Below, one piece after another: positions 1 through 11,412 of a stretch of DNA of 64,000 nt. The position numbers and the translations under genes were made by a program. This DNA is from Acholeplasmataceae bacterium. GTDB lineage: Bacteria; Bacillota_I; Bacilli_A; Acholeplasmatales; Acholeplasmataceae. A model generated the notes under the pieces. It was not told the origin of the DNA. It ran no database searches and saw only the letters and a program-made list of their open reading frames with translations. The stretch is taken from assembly GCA_963667565.1 (NCBI GenBank), contig OY763415.1, positions 1,504,001 through 1,568,000 on the forward strand. Reading direction: 5' to 3'. The stretch's first letter is position 1. Each line of letters opens with the position of its first letter.

Positions 1-1553
<1,553 letters not shown>

Positions 1554-1558
1554 TCTTT

Positions 1559-2191
1559 TTATGATTGTTTTTCAATACGTTTTTCCATGATGAAATCTTG
1601 GCCTTTTGTAACTTTTTTAAATCCCATTTTTTCTAGATATGTTTCATGTTTCATCGCGCCAGGTGCACTAATGAATGTATTAACGCCAAGTGATTTAAAT
1701 AAATCATTTTGATCGTTATACACATATTTACCCGCTTTATAATCACGATACATCGGTGTTGTATAATCTAGTGTGATTTCAAACGCGTCTCCTTTGATTT
1801 TACCAATGAAAAGTCCTGCAGGTACTGTATTTCTTGTAATAAAGTACTTTGTAAGTGCTTGATCATTAAAATCAAAATCTACATTCATGAAACTTGCGAT
1901 GTCGTCTTTAAATTGTGAGATAAAATCTAAATATAATTTAGAATCTTTATCGAGTTCTATCATTTCAAAATGTTCTTTTGCGTTATTTAACTTAATTAAA
2001 TAATATAAGTTAATAACAACAATCCCCAAATTCATTAAAGCTGTTGGATATGATAAAATCAAAAATCCATATGTCGCAAACACGGCAGACCCAATCAAAT
2101 TAATCACTCTTAGTTTAATTACAGAGCTCATTAATAATGATATAAGAACTACGGTTGATGCAACATAACCAATAATATCTACTACGCCCAT
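1559..2191 (-). CDS. Membrane protein, YgjV-like N-terminal TM region plus soluble C-terminal (GNAT-like) domain
   Basis: N-terminal GYVAS..SLLM...KLRVINLIGS..F..YG pattern with 3 hydrophobic helices; C-terminal LDY..P.YRD.K.G and YLEKMGF. Confidence 0.6.
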   Translation of the reverse strand: MGVVDIIGYVASTVVLISLLMSSVIKLRVINLIGSAVFATYGFLILSYPTALMNLGIVVINLYYLIKLNNAKEHFEMIELDKDSKLYLDFISQFKDDIASFMNVDFDFNDQALTKYFITRNTVPAGLFIGKIKGDAFEITLDYTTPMYRDYKAGKYVYNDQNDLFKSLGVNTFISAPGAMKHETYLEKMGFKKVTKGQDFIMEKRIEKQS

Positions 2192-2249
2192 TATTTTTAT
2201 TTCCTTTCTTTATTGGAAAAAAACAGCCTACAATGTAGGCTTATTTTTC

Positions 2250-2807
2250 TTATTTGTCATACATGTCTTCATAGTCATCCATGATTTCATTATAATCATC
2301 TTCATCATAATCTTCATCATCGAATTCTATTTCTGGTTCATCTTCAACATCATCATCTGTAGATTTGATAGGAAGTTCAACATCAATGTACTCTTTTTCT
2401 TCTTCAAGTTCATCTTTGTCTGTGACTTCGTCATCTTCATCTTCTTCTTCGATGTCTTCGTCTTCTTCTTCAATGTCTTCTAAGTTGAATTCAGTAAATT
2501 CTAACTCATCTTCATCTTCTTCAACTTCTTCAGTGTTATCAAGTTGAACAAATGCATATCCATCTTTGTCCCAAAGCTCTAAGTTTCTTTCTTTAAGATC
2601 CCATTGATCTTCTCCACAAAAAACAAACTTACCGCTTTGAGTTATATCCATATATAATTGTGTGATTCTTTCAAAATCATCTTCAGATACACCTTTGATT
2701 TCAGTCACTTTTTTAATAATGTCTTGAATCTTTAAAGGTTCTTTGTTTTCTTTTAAAATGATTTCTGCTACATCAATCATTGCTAGTGATTCTAAATTTT
2801 GACTCAT
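2250..2807 (-). CDS. rpoE: DNA-directed RNA polymerase delta subunit
   Basis: AMIDVA..IL, LYMDI..SGKF..GE..WDL and a very long D/E-rich tail; lies upstream of pyrG as in Firmicutes. Confidence 0.9.
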   Translation of the reverse strand: MSQNLESLAMIDVAEIILKENKEPLKIQDIIKKVTEIKGVSEDDFERITQLYMDITQSGKFVFCGEDQWDLKERNLELWDKDGYAFVQLDNTEEVEEDEDELEFTEFNLEDIEEEDEDIEEEDEDDEVTDKDELEEEKEYIDVELPIKSTDDDVEDEPEIEFDDEDYDEDDYNEIMDDYEDMYDK

Positions 2808-2867
2808 ATGTGCCTCCTAAAACCGTATATATTGTATACGAAAGCTTTAAATTTTGCAAGTGTTTTT

Positions 2868-3137
2868 TTATCCCATTTGTGTTGTCACAAAAACAATCAC
2901 TAAAATAACTGCGATAACAATAAATAATTTTAATAATTTTTTAACAAAACTGATGGTTCCAAGCACGATAATAACTGCCAAGAATAAACCACCTAGAATT
3001 TTAATAATTTCTGGTAATGGTGCAACAAACTCATTATATAAAGCGAGCAATTTACCATCAATATCTAATGTATCTTGTAGATACCCATTAAAATTGTCAT
3101 ACTGATTCAGAAAAAAATTCTTTACAATCTCCCACAT
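2868..3137 (-). CDS. Small hypothetical membrane protein
   Basis: 89 aa, two C-terminal hydrophobic helices, GGAGG RBS. Confidence 0.7.
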   Translation of the reverse strand: MWEIVKNFFLNQYDNFNGYLQDTLDIDGKLLALYNEFVAPLPEIIKILGGLFLAVIIVLGTISFVKKLLKLFIVIAVILVIVFVTTQMG

Positions 3138-3151
3138 TACTTATATCCTCC

Positions 3152-3742
3152 TTAATATTTCATACGATTAGCAACTGCTTTTGCAAGTGTCAGCTCATCA
3201 GCGTATTTCAAATCTGCACCCACAGGTAAACCTGAAGCTAATCTGGTAACAATAAGGTTCTCATGATCAAATAATTGCTTTAAAAATTTTGCCGTCATTT
3301 CCCCTTCAACGGTTCCATTGGTTGCGATAATAAGTTCTTTAATATGTTTCATACGAACTTCTAAACTATCAATGTTTAAATCTTTATCTGTAATTCCTCT
3401 TGAAAAGTCTATGAGTCCACCTAATACATGGTAAAGCCCATGATACGTGCCCATTTTTTCCATCACAAATACATCTTTTGCATCTGCAACAATCATCATG
3501 GTTTCTTGATCTCTTGTGTAATCTTCACAAACATCACATACATCATGATCCGTTAGCATATGACATTTTTGACACGTTCTGATCTCTGATTTTAATAATT
3601 TTAAATGATCAGAAAAATCCATGACTGCTTCATCACTAAATTCACTAACGATATGTAGTGCTAAACGTTCAGCGGTCTTTTCACCAATCCCAGGAAGTTT
3701 TTGAAGATCTTCAATAATGAGTTGTAGACTTTTTGGATACAT
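3152..3742 (-). CDS. recR: Recombination mediator RecR
   Basis: LPGIGEKTAERLA HhH, C4 zinc finger, YHVLGG, Toprim ATNGTVEGE. Confidence 0.97.
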   Translation of the reverse strand: MYPKSLQLIIEDLQKLPGIGEKTAERLALHIVSEFSDEAVMDFSDHLKLLKSEIRTCQKCHMLTDHDVCDVCEDYTRDQETMMIVADAKDVFVMEKMGTYHGLYHVLGGLIDFSRGITDKDLNIDSLEVRMKHIKELIIATNGTVEGEMTAKFLKQLFDHENLIVTRLASGLPVGADLKYADELTLAKAVANRMKY

Positions 3743-4032
3743 TAAAATCCAAGTCCTCCAAAACCACCAGTGAATTGTCCCATGGTTGATTCTTGTTCTT
3801 TTTCGATTTGTTTTAATGCGTCATTAGTTGCAAGTAATACTGCATCTTGTAACATTTCTACTTCTTCAAGTATTTCAGGATTAATTTGTACATCGACAAC
3901 TTGTCTAGACCCTTGCATGACTACAGTAACACCACTAGCTCTTCCAAAAAATTCTTTGGCTTCGAGCGCTTCTTGTGCTTCCATCATTTGTTTTTGCATT
4001 TTCTTTAATTTGTTTAACATATTAGGATTCAT
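3742..4032 (-). CDS. ybaB: YbaB/EbfC nucleoid-associated protein
   Basis: KKMQKQMMEAQEAL, V..I.PE..E..EMLQDAVL.A.NDAL; located between dnaX and recR. Confidence 0.92.
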   Translation of the reverse strand: MNPNMLNKLKKMQKQMMEAQEALEAKEFFGRASGVTVVMQGSRQVVDVQINPEILEEVEMLQDAVLLATNDALKQIEKEQESTMGQFTGGFGGLGF

Positions 4033-4038
4033 GTTTCA

Positions 4039-5694
4039 TTACTCCTTTATAACCGCTTTATCACCAAAATACTCTTTACCTATTTTAATGATTTCAGGTT
4101 CTTTCTTTTCTTTAACTTCTTTATACAATTTTAAATCAATTGGTTGTAATTTAGGCTTTTTGACGCCCTGTTGCCACTGATTTTTAAATACTTCTAATAT
4201 GATCAGCCAATCACTTCTCAATATTGCATAATAGTCTTTGATTAACTCTGATTTATGATTAAGAATCTCAAGAACTTGGACTTTGATTTCATCATCCAAA
4301 ATACGTTTACATGATTCCAAATCATCATAAATCACGAGCATTTCATCATCTGATACCACTTCTAATTGTGATTGAGATAATAAATATGCTGCCATTTGTA
4401 AATGTTTTTTAGGATAGCTCTTTAAATGATCCCATCCTTTTAACATAAGTTCCTTCTTTTCTTTATTGCTGTTATGTAAAATTTTTTCAATATGTTTTAC
4501 AGTAACAAGTGGTTCAGCTTTTTTCTTATTCGTTTTTGTTTCTAAAACAACAGGTCTTTCTTCTGATTGTTGTTTTAATTGATGTAGATCTAATTTAATA
4601 TCTGCAATTGCTGCATCATAATCAATATGTTTAAGTGTCTCATGTTCCATCATTTTAATTAAAGCAAGTTCAATATATGCTCTTTTTTGATGTGTCCATT
4701 TCATATCTTGTTGTAATTGATTTAAAACTTCTAAATAATAATATATTTTAGGTGTAGAAATGACACTTGTCAATACATCATATTTAGGATGTTCAACACT
4801 TGTGGTTTTTTCTAACAATAAGTCTCTTAGAGCAATAATTAAATCATTGACGATACGACTCGCTTCTTTACCTTGTGCTAATAATTCTTTTAAAATAACT
4901 AATGTATTAGTGATTTCTTTATTGGCAATAGCAAGTAACATTTCCGACAATGCTTTTTTAGATACACTACCAGCGACTTCGTGAACATCTTCTTCACTAA
5001 TGACACCTTCAGAAAAACTTATAGCTTGATCTAGCAAACTAATTGCGTCTCTTAATCCACCTTCTGCATTTTCAGCAATCGCTTTAACTGCATCATCTTC
5101 AATATCAATTTGTTCATTTTTAACAATTTCATTTAATTTCTCAACGATATCTTTAACTTCAATATTTTTAAAGTCATAACGTTGGCATCTCGATAAAATC
5201 GTTGATGGTATTTTATATACTTCGGTTGTGGCTAAAATGAAAATCACGTGTTTTGGTGGTTCTTCAAGTGTTTTTAACAACGCATTGAATGCCCCTTGAG
5301 TTAACATATGAACTTCATCTATGATATAAACTTTGTATTTACCAACACTTGGCATATACTTAACTTTATCTCTTAAGTCTCTAATTTCATCAACACCATT
5401 ATTTGATGCAGCATCGATTTCAATCACATCAGCAATATCTCCGTGATCAATTCCTTTACATACATCACACTGGTTACATGGTGACCCATTTACAGGTGTT
5501 AAACAATTAACAGCCTTAGCAAATATTTTAGCAACTGAAGTTTTCCCAGTACCTCTAGGACCACTAAATAAATAAGCATGTTGAATTTTATCATGAATAA
5601 GTGCATTTTTAAGCGTGCGAATAACGACTTTTTGACCCGCTACTTCTTCAAACGATTTAGGTCTATACGTACGATATAAAGCGACATAAGACAT
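4039..5694 (-). CDS. dnaX: DNA polymerase III subunit gamma/tau
   Basis: MSYVALYRTYRP, GPRGTGKTS, EIDAASNNGVD, IIDEVHML; start moved to ATG 5694 because of the AAGGAGG RBS. Confidence 0.97.
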   Translation of the reverse strand: MSYVALYRTYRPKSFEEVAGQKVVIRTLKNALIHDKIQHAYLFSGPRGTGKTSVAKIFAKAVNCLTPVNGSPCNQCDVCKGIDHGDIADVIEIDAASNNGVDEIRDLRDKVKYMPSVGKYKVYIIDEVHMLTQGAFNALLKTLEEPPKHVIFILATTEVYKIPSTILSRCQRYDFKNIEVKDIVEKLNEIVKNEQIDIEDDAVKAIAENAEGGLRDAISLLDQAISFSEGVISEEDVHEVAGSVSKKALSEMLLAIANKEITNTLVILKELLAQGKEASRIVNDLIIALRDLLLEKTTSVEHPKYDVLTSVISTPKIYYYLEVLNQLQQDMKWTHQKRAYIELALIKMMEHETLKHIDYDAAIADIKLDLHQLKQQSEERPVVLETKTNKKKAEPLVTVKHIEKILHNSNKEKKELMLKGWDHLKSYPKKHLQMAAYLLSQSQLEVVSDDEMLVIYDDLESCKRILDDEIKVQVLEILNHKSELIKDYYAILRSDWLIILEVFKNQWQQGVKKPKLQPIDLKLYKEVKEKKEPEIIKIGKEYFGDKAVIKE

Positions 5695-5752
5695 ACCGAT
5701 CAACCTCCTTACTTATCTTTTTTTATTATAACATATATACTATATGTTTTTC

Positions 5753-7099
5753 TTATTTTCCTAAGCAAAATTTAGAGAACAATTCATCAAGCAAATCGTC
5801 CTTATAATATTCACCTAAAATTTCACCTAATAATTTCCAAGCCTGTGTTAAATCAATCGCATATACATCAACAGGCATATCTAGTTTAATAGACTCTAAA
5901 ACACTTTCTAATGCCTCAAGTGATTCTCTGATTTTTGCGATATGTCGTGCATTAGATAAGTAGTTCATATCTCTTGTTTCGATATTTTCTAAAGCCAGTT
6001 TTTTAAGAATAGCTTGCTCAAGTTCTTTGAGTCCTGTTTTATTTAATGCGGAAATAGAAACGACATCTTCCATACCAAGTTCATTTGAAATATCAGATTT
6101 ATTACCAATGATAATGCGTTGATGATGTTTTGTTTGTTCTAATAATTGGTGATCCTCGTGAGATAGTTTCTTACTTTGGTCTAAAACTAGTAACACGAGA
6201 TCGGCACTGTTTAATGCTTTTATTGAGCGATCTACACCGATTTTTTCAACGACATCTTCAGTATCTCTAATCCCAGCAGTATCCATTAAGCTAAGTGTGA
6301 TACCTCCCATATTGATATATGCTTCTATGGTATCTCTTGTTGTCCCTTCAATATCAGTAACAATGGCTCTTTCTTCATTTAGTAATGCATTTAAAAGACT
6401 ACTTTTACCCACATTAGGTTTACCAATAATGACTGTTTTAATACCATCTCTAATCAATTGGTTTTTTTCTGATTCTTTTAAAACTATTCTCATTTTATCA
6501 ATTAATTCTAATGTTTTAGGATAAATGATTTCTTTACTCATGACAATCGCATCATCATATTCTGGATAATCGATATTAACTTCAATTTGAGCAATGATTG
6601 TTAAAAGTTTAGATCTTAGATCTTTGATGAGTTGAGATGTTTCTTTTTGTACACCAAGGCTTGCAATTTTTAAAGCTTGATCATTTTTGGCATGAATTAA
6701 ATCCATAATTGATTCAGCTTCAACCAAATCAATGCGTCCATTTAAATATGCACGTTCGCTAAATTCTCCCGGATTTGCTAACCTGATATCTAATGATAAA
6801 ATGCGTTGTAATACTTTTTGCACGATTAAAATTCCACCATGGGTGGATATTTCAACCATATCTTCTTTGGTAAATGTTTTTGGTGCTTTTAATATAGTCA
6901 CCATAACTTCATCTAAAAATGATCCATCAAAATCTATCACATGTCCATAATGCACGGTGTGAGATTTAACTTTTTCTAGATTTTTTCCTTTAAAGATTTT
7001 ATTAAATTCACTGATTGCTTGCTCACCACTGATTCTAATGACTGCAATACCTGCAGCCCCATATGCAGTAGAGATTGCTGCAATTGTATCATTAATCAT
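5753..7099 (-). CDS. mnmE: tRNA modification GTPase MnmE
   Basis: DTIAAIST, GKPNVGKSS, GTTRD, DTAG, C-terminal FCLGK. Confidence 0.97.
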   Translation of the reverse strand: MINDTIAAISTAYGAAGIAVIRISGEQAISEFNKIFKGKNLEKVKSHTVHYGHVIDFDGSFLDEVMVTILKAPKTFTKEDMVEISTHGGILIVQKVLQRILSLDIRLANPGEFSERAYLNGRIDLVEAESIMDLIHAKNDQALKIASLGVQKETSQLIKDLRSKLLTIIAQIEVNIDYPEYDDAIVMSKEIIYPKTLELIDKMRIVLKESEKNQLIRDGIKTVIIGKPNVGKSSLLNALLNEERAIVTDIEGTTRDTIEAYINMGGITLSLMDTAGIRDTEDVVEKIGVDRSIKALNSADLVLLVLDQSKKLSHEDHQLLEQTKHHQRIIIGNKSDISNELGMEDVVSISALNKTGLKELEQAILKKLALENIETRDMNYLSNARHIAKIRESLEALESVLESIKLDMPVDVYAIDLTQAWKLLGEILGEYYKDDLLDELFSKFCLGK

Positions 7100-7622
7100 T
7101 CTTTTCTTTTCCTTGTTTCTTTGGAGATTTAAATGGATTAAATCCTCTGCTTATATCTCTTGCTGCCATCAGAACAACCATAAATATACCTATTGTTGAT
7201 CCTAAAATAATATAACCAGAACCTAAAATTAAACCTACCATTGCAGTAACCCAAATAGTGGCTGCTGTTGTAATACCTCTAATACTACTTGTACCATCTT
7301 TGATAATTGCACCAGCACCAACAAAACCAATACCTGTAACTACTTGTGCAATCACACGTTGACCTTCAGCGTTCGTAAATAAACCTGAATCAACTTGATA
7401 CTCAAACATAAAGCGTTGCATAATCGCGATACCGACACTCCCTAATGCCACTAAAACGTGAGATGATAAACCTGCAGCTTTACCTACATTTTGTCTTTCA
7501 AGTCCTACAAACATAGCAATCAAATATGTTAATACGATAGGTAATATCATTTTTAATAATATGTCACTAAAACTCATTCCAAAATCTAGAATTGCACCTT
7601 CAAATATTATAAAATTCATCAT
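7092..7622 (-). CDS. MgtC/SapB family membrane protein
   Basis: GLERQ..GKAAGL..H.LV, RVIAQVVTGIGFVGAG, GITTAATIW. Confidence 0.9.
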   Translation of the reverse strand: MMNFIIFEGAILDFGMSFSDILLKMILPIVLTYLIAMFVGLERQNVGKAAGLSSHVLVALGSVGIAIMQRFMFEYQVDSGLFTNAEGQRVIAQVVTGIGFVGAGAIIKDGTSSIRGITTAATIWVTAMVGLILGSGYIILGSTIGIFMVVLMAARDISRGFNPFKSPKKQGKEKND

Positions 7623-8476
7623 TTGTTTCTCCTTTCTTTATATATGTCGTTAAAATGTATTTTCTCGTTATCTTTTGTATATCCTAATATTGCGTTTAAA
7701 TTCACATTTGTTGCTGCTCTGTAAATAGATTGGTCAACATCGGGATTTATTTTTCTAAGTGATTCAATTAATTCCTTAATCTCTCTTCTTTTGGAAGAGG
7801 TTCTTTCAGCTGTGACAGTACATCCACAATTCATAGATTGTATGCCGCTTTTTTTAATCCATCTAATGATATCTTTTTCTTTGACAAGTGAAAGTGGTCT
7901 AATCAACTCAATATCTTCAAAGTTTTGTGCCTCAATCTTTGGAACCATAGTCATAAATTGTCCACCATAAAACATATTTAATAATGTAGTTTCAATGACA
8001 TCATCAAAATGATGGCCTAATGCAAGTTTATTACAACCAAGTTCTTTTGCTGCATTATATAAAAATCCTCGTCTCATTCTTGCACACATATAACAAGGAT
8101 TTTCTTTGGCGATTTTACCTATGACTTCAAAGATATCAGATTCTCTTAATTCAAGTGGAATATTTAAATATTTACAATTGGATTCAAGTGATTCTCTATT
8201 GATCTGATTAAATCCTGGATCCATAGACAAAAAGACAAGCTCAAAAGGAATTTTATTGTGTTTTTTTAATTCCTGAAAAAGCTTAGCAAGAATAAGACTA
8301 TCTTTACCACCAGAAATAGCAACAGCAATTTTATCTCCTGGTTCTACAAGATTAAACTCATTGATTGCTTTAACAAACGGTCTAAAGATATCTTTTCTAT
8401 ATGTTGTTGTTAAACTTTTCTCAATTTCTTGGAGTGGTTGTTTTGGTTCTTCTACCAAAATAGATGCACAATGCAT
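7619..8476 (-). CDS. TtcA-family tRNA 2-thiolation protein (PP-loop ATPase)
   Basis: SGGKDS PP-loop, CYMCARMRRG, LGHHFDD, IRPL, NCGC. Confidence 0.85.
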   Translation of the reverse strand: MHCASILVEEPKQPLQEIEKSLTTTYRKDIFRPFVKAINEFNLVEPGDKIAVAISGGKDSLILAKLFQELKKHNKIPFELVFLSMDPGFNQINRESLESNCKYLNIPLELRESDIFEVIGKIAKENPCYMCARMRRGFLYNAAKELGCNKLALGHHFDDVIETTLLNMFYGGQFMTMVPKIEAQNFEDIELIRPLSLVKEKDIIRWIKKSGIQSMNCGCTVTAERTSSKRREIKELIESLRKINPDVDQSIYRAATNVNLNAILGYTKDNEKIHFNDIYKERRNK

Positions 8477-9417
8477 TATTTTTCCTCTAAGTAAGCAGTC
8501 GCAATTTCATTTGCTTTTTGTGCAAATTCATTTAACTCATCCCAGTTATTTAGTCTAGCACCAGCAGCTTTAGCGTGTCCGCCTCCACCGTATTGGTTTG
8601 CTAGTTCACTAATTGTTGGTCCATTTGATCTTAATCTAATTCTAATTTCATTTGGATATTCAATAAATAATGCCCAAACTGGGAAACCATCAATGCCTGA
8701 TAAAGCATTAACAACAGATGCTGCTTGCTCATCAGTGACACCAAATTTATCAATCACATCTCTTGTCATCTTTAAATAGATGAAATGCCCGTTTGTGATG
8801 TAATTTGAGTAAACATATCCTTTTAATGCAACCATATCAAGTGTTTCTTTAGATAATTGTTGGTCGATATACTCAACATCAACACCCTTTTCAATCAGTA
8901 ATCCTGCAAGTTGGTGTGTTAATTTTGAGACACCTCTATATCTAAAACGTCCTGTATCTGTGACAATACCTGTGTATAAAGCGATTGCTCCAGTTTTTGT
9001 CATCTTAAGTTCGTTTTTAAATTTAGAATAGAAATATGTAATCATTTGTGCACATGATGGGAATGTTGTATCAACCCATCTTAAGTCACCATAGTCATCA
9101 ACTGGAATATGGTGATCAATTTTTATGACGTAGTCTCCAAGTGTATATCTTGGTTCACTAATTCTTTCTTTAGTTGCAGTATCAACAACGATAGATAATG
9201 CCCCTTCATAAACTGAATCTTCGATTTGCTCAACTTTTCCTACGTAATCTACATAGTCACTTGTACCACCAACGACATAAACTTCTTTTTCAGGAAAAGA
9301 TGCCGTAATGATATCTTTTAACCCAAATTGAGCTCCATAACAATCACCATCAGGTCTTTTATGACCGTGAATGATAATTTTTTTATAATCTTTAATTTTA
9401 CTTAATATTCTTTCCAT
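8476..9417 (-). CDS. DHH/DHHA1 phosphoesterase (NrnA-like oligoribonuclease/pAp phosphatase)
   Basis: H..PDGD, IVVD, IDHH, TDTGRF, RLRS, GGGH. Confidence 0.9.
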   Translation of the reverse strand: MERILSKIKDYKKIIIHGHKRPDGDCYGAQFGLKDIITASFPEKEVYVVGGTSDYVDYVGKVEQIEDSVYEGALSIVVDTATKERISEPRYTLGDYVIKIDHHIPVDDYGDLRWVDTTFPSCAQMITYFYSKFKNELKMTKTGAIALYTGIVTDTGRFRYRGVSKLTHQLAGLLIEKGVDVEYIDQQLSKETLDMVALKGYVYSNYITNGHFIYLKMTRDVIDKFGVTDEQAASVVNALSGIDGFPVWALFIEYPNEIRIRLRSNGPTISELANQYGGGGHAKAAGARLNNWDELNEFAQKANEIATAYLEEK

Positions 9418-10357
9418 TTTCTAATGCCCTTTCATCAAAATCTTTTAAAATTGAATCTACTTCATTCCAATCTTTAAGTGTCGCACCACAAGCTTCGTTG
9501 TGTCCGCCTCCGCCATATTTTTTAGCAATATCAACAATTGTGATACCTCTTGATCTAAATTCACCAATGATTGCATTTTTTTCAATATCTTCGGTAAAGT
9601 TTGCCCAAATAGGCACTTCTTTGATTCCGGCCATTTGATTGACCATACCTCTTGATACTGATTGAAAATCAAGTCCGCTTTCAACAATTAAAGTGTGTGT
9701 ATTTTTTCTGTATGCAACATTGTGTTCGGTTAAATTGAAATCTGTAAACATATTTTTAACTTTTCTTTTTTGTAGAGATTCTGTGTAAATGTAATTATAA
9801 AAATCTCTGATGCTTGGATTGAACTTTGAGATATATGCAGCAAGTTCAAATGTTTGATTTGCATCTTTTAAATACATAAATCTACCTGTATCAGTCACCA
9901 TACCACCATAAAGATACGTCGCTGCTTCACTAGAGATTTCAAACTGCTCTTCCTTTGCTAAATCTATGATCATTTCACAAGCAGATGCGAATGAGTCATC
10001 TCTGTAAAATAAAGAAACGTCTACTACATCTGTATCATTGGTGTGATGATCAATGATGATTCTTTCTTTTGCGAGTTTGTATCTATCATCACTAATCATA
10101 TGTGTGACTGCAACATCAGTAATAATCACAAGCGCGTTTTGATAAACCTCATCCTCAATTGAATCCATTTTTGCTAGATAACTCATATCATTAAGATCAC
10201 CAACAACATACACCCTCTTTTGTTGAAAGTTTTCTTTAATCAGTAACGACAATCCTACTTGACTACCGATTGCATCCATATCTGGTCTTTGGTGTCTATG
10301 GATGATAATGGTATCATAAGATTTAATTTTGTTAATCACTTCTTTTTTTATATTCAT
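9398..10357 (-). CDS. DHH/DHHA1 phosphoesterase, second tandem paralog
   Basis: H.RPDMDAIGSQ, IDHH, TDTGRF, EFRS, GGGH; start moved to ATG 10357 after GAAAGG. Confidence 0.9.
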   Translation of the reverse strand: MNIKKEVINKIKSYDTIIIHRHQRPDMDAIGSQVGLSLLIKENFQQKRVYVVGDLNDMSYLAKMDSIEDEVYQNALVIITDVAVTHMISDDRYKLAKERIIIDHHTNDTDVVDVSLFYRDDSFASACEMIIDLAKEEQFEISSEAATYLYGGMVTDTGRFMYLKDANQTFELAAYISKFNPSIRDFYNYIYTESLQKRKVKNMFTDFNLTEHNVAYRKNTHTLIVESGLDFQSVSRGMVNQMAGIKEVPIWANFTEDIEKNAIIGEFRSRGITIVDIAKKYGGGGHNEACGATLKDWNEVDSILKDFDERALENGKNIK

Positions 10358-10417
10358 ATAAAAACCTTTCTTGTAGAGATTATAATAGTATAACATATTT
10401 TATGGTAAATTGCGAAA

Positions 10418-10442
10418 TAAAAAGACGATTTCTCGTCTTTTA
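10418..10442. terminator. Intrinsic terminator after galE
   Basis: AAAAGACGA-TTTC-TCGTCTTTT inverted repeat flanked by A/T runs. Confidence 0.7.
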
Positions 10443-10447
10443 GATGT

Positions 10448-11404
10448 TCATTTTTTTTGATAGTTTAAATCAGAAATAATCATGTCCTTTAACGTGCGTT
10501 TAGGCTCCCAACCTAGGATGTTTTTCGCTTTGTTATTTGATGCAATTAAAAGTGCAGGATCCCCATCTCGGCGTGCAGCAAACTGATAATTTAGTGGCAT
10601 GATTTTTTCTGCAGTATTCACTACTTCTAATACACTAAAGCCTTGGTTTGATCCAAGATTCATGGTTTCAGATTGACCACCATTCTTTAAATACTCTACG
10701 CCTAAAACATGAGCTTGAGCTAAGTCTGACACATGGATATAATCTCTAATACATGTACCGTCTTTAGTTTCGTAATCTTTACCATAAATATCTAGGTGGT
10801 CTCTAATGCCTAAAGCTGCTTGATTTACGATAGGTACAAGGTGTGTTGGTTTTAAGACCTTATAGCCAATTTCAAGAGATTCATCAGCACCAGCAACATT
10901 AAAATATCTGAAAACAACATAAGATAAACCATGTGCTTGTGCGGTCCACTTAATCATTTTTTCAACTGCAAGTTTGGTTTCTCCATATGGGTTAATTGGC
11001 TCAAGTAAGTCGTTTTCTTGACAAACACCTTTAGCATCTCCATATACGGCAGCTGTTGATGAAAACACAAAATGTTTCACATTGTGTGCAACAACACTTT
11101 CCAATAATACGCGTACACCTTCAACGTTATTATAATAATATTCTAAAGGTTTTGATACACTTTCAGGCACAATGATTTTCGCTGCAAAATGCATCACTGC
11201 ATCTATGTGTTCATGCTCAAATACTTCTTCAATATCTTGTTTTTTTGTAATGTCCCCAATGTATAATTTAACGCCTTTTGGTACAAATTCTTTATGCCCT
11301 GTCGATAGATTATCTAAGACAACAACTTCATGATTTGCACGTAATAATTCATAAACTGTATGGCTCCCAATATAACCTGCGCCACCAACTACTAATACTT
11401 TCAT
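10448..11404 (-). CDS. galE: UDP-glucose 4-epimerase
   Basis: GGAGYIGSH, FSSTAAVYG, YGETK, RYFNVAGA, DGTCIRDYIHV. Confidence 0.95.
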   Translation of the reverse strand: MKVLVVGGAGYIGSHTVYELLRANHEVVVLDNLSTGHKEFVPKGVKLYIGDITKKQDIEEVFEHEHIDAVMHFAAKIIVPESVSKPLEYYYNNVEGVRVLLESVVAHNVKHFVFSSTAAVYGDAKGVCQENDLLEPINPYGETKLAVEKMIKWTAQAHGLSYVVFRYFNVAGADESLEIGYKVLKPTHLVPIVNQAALGIRDHLDIYGKDYETKDGTCIRDYIHVSDLAQAHVLGVEYLKNGGQSETMNLGSNQGFSVLEVVNTAEKIMPLNYQFAARRDGDPALLIASNNKAKNILGWEPKRTLKDMIISDLNYQKK

Positions 11405-11412
11405 ATAGCCTC

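Noticed and set aside
2365..2547. Ser-rich 60-aa ORF and apparent TCTTCA/TCATCT tandem repeats
   Set aside because: Antisense of the GAA/GAT-rich acidic tail of RpoE; not a separate gene or repeat array
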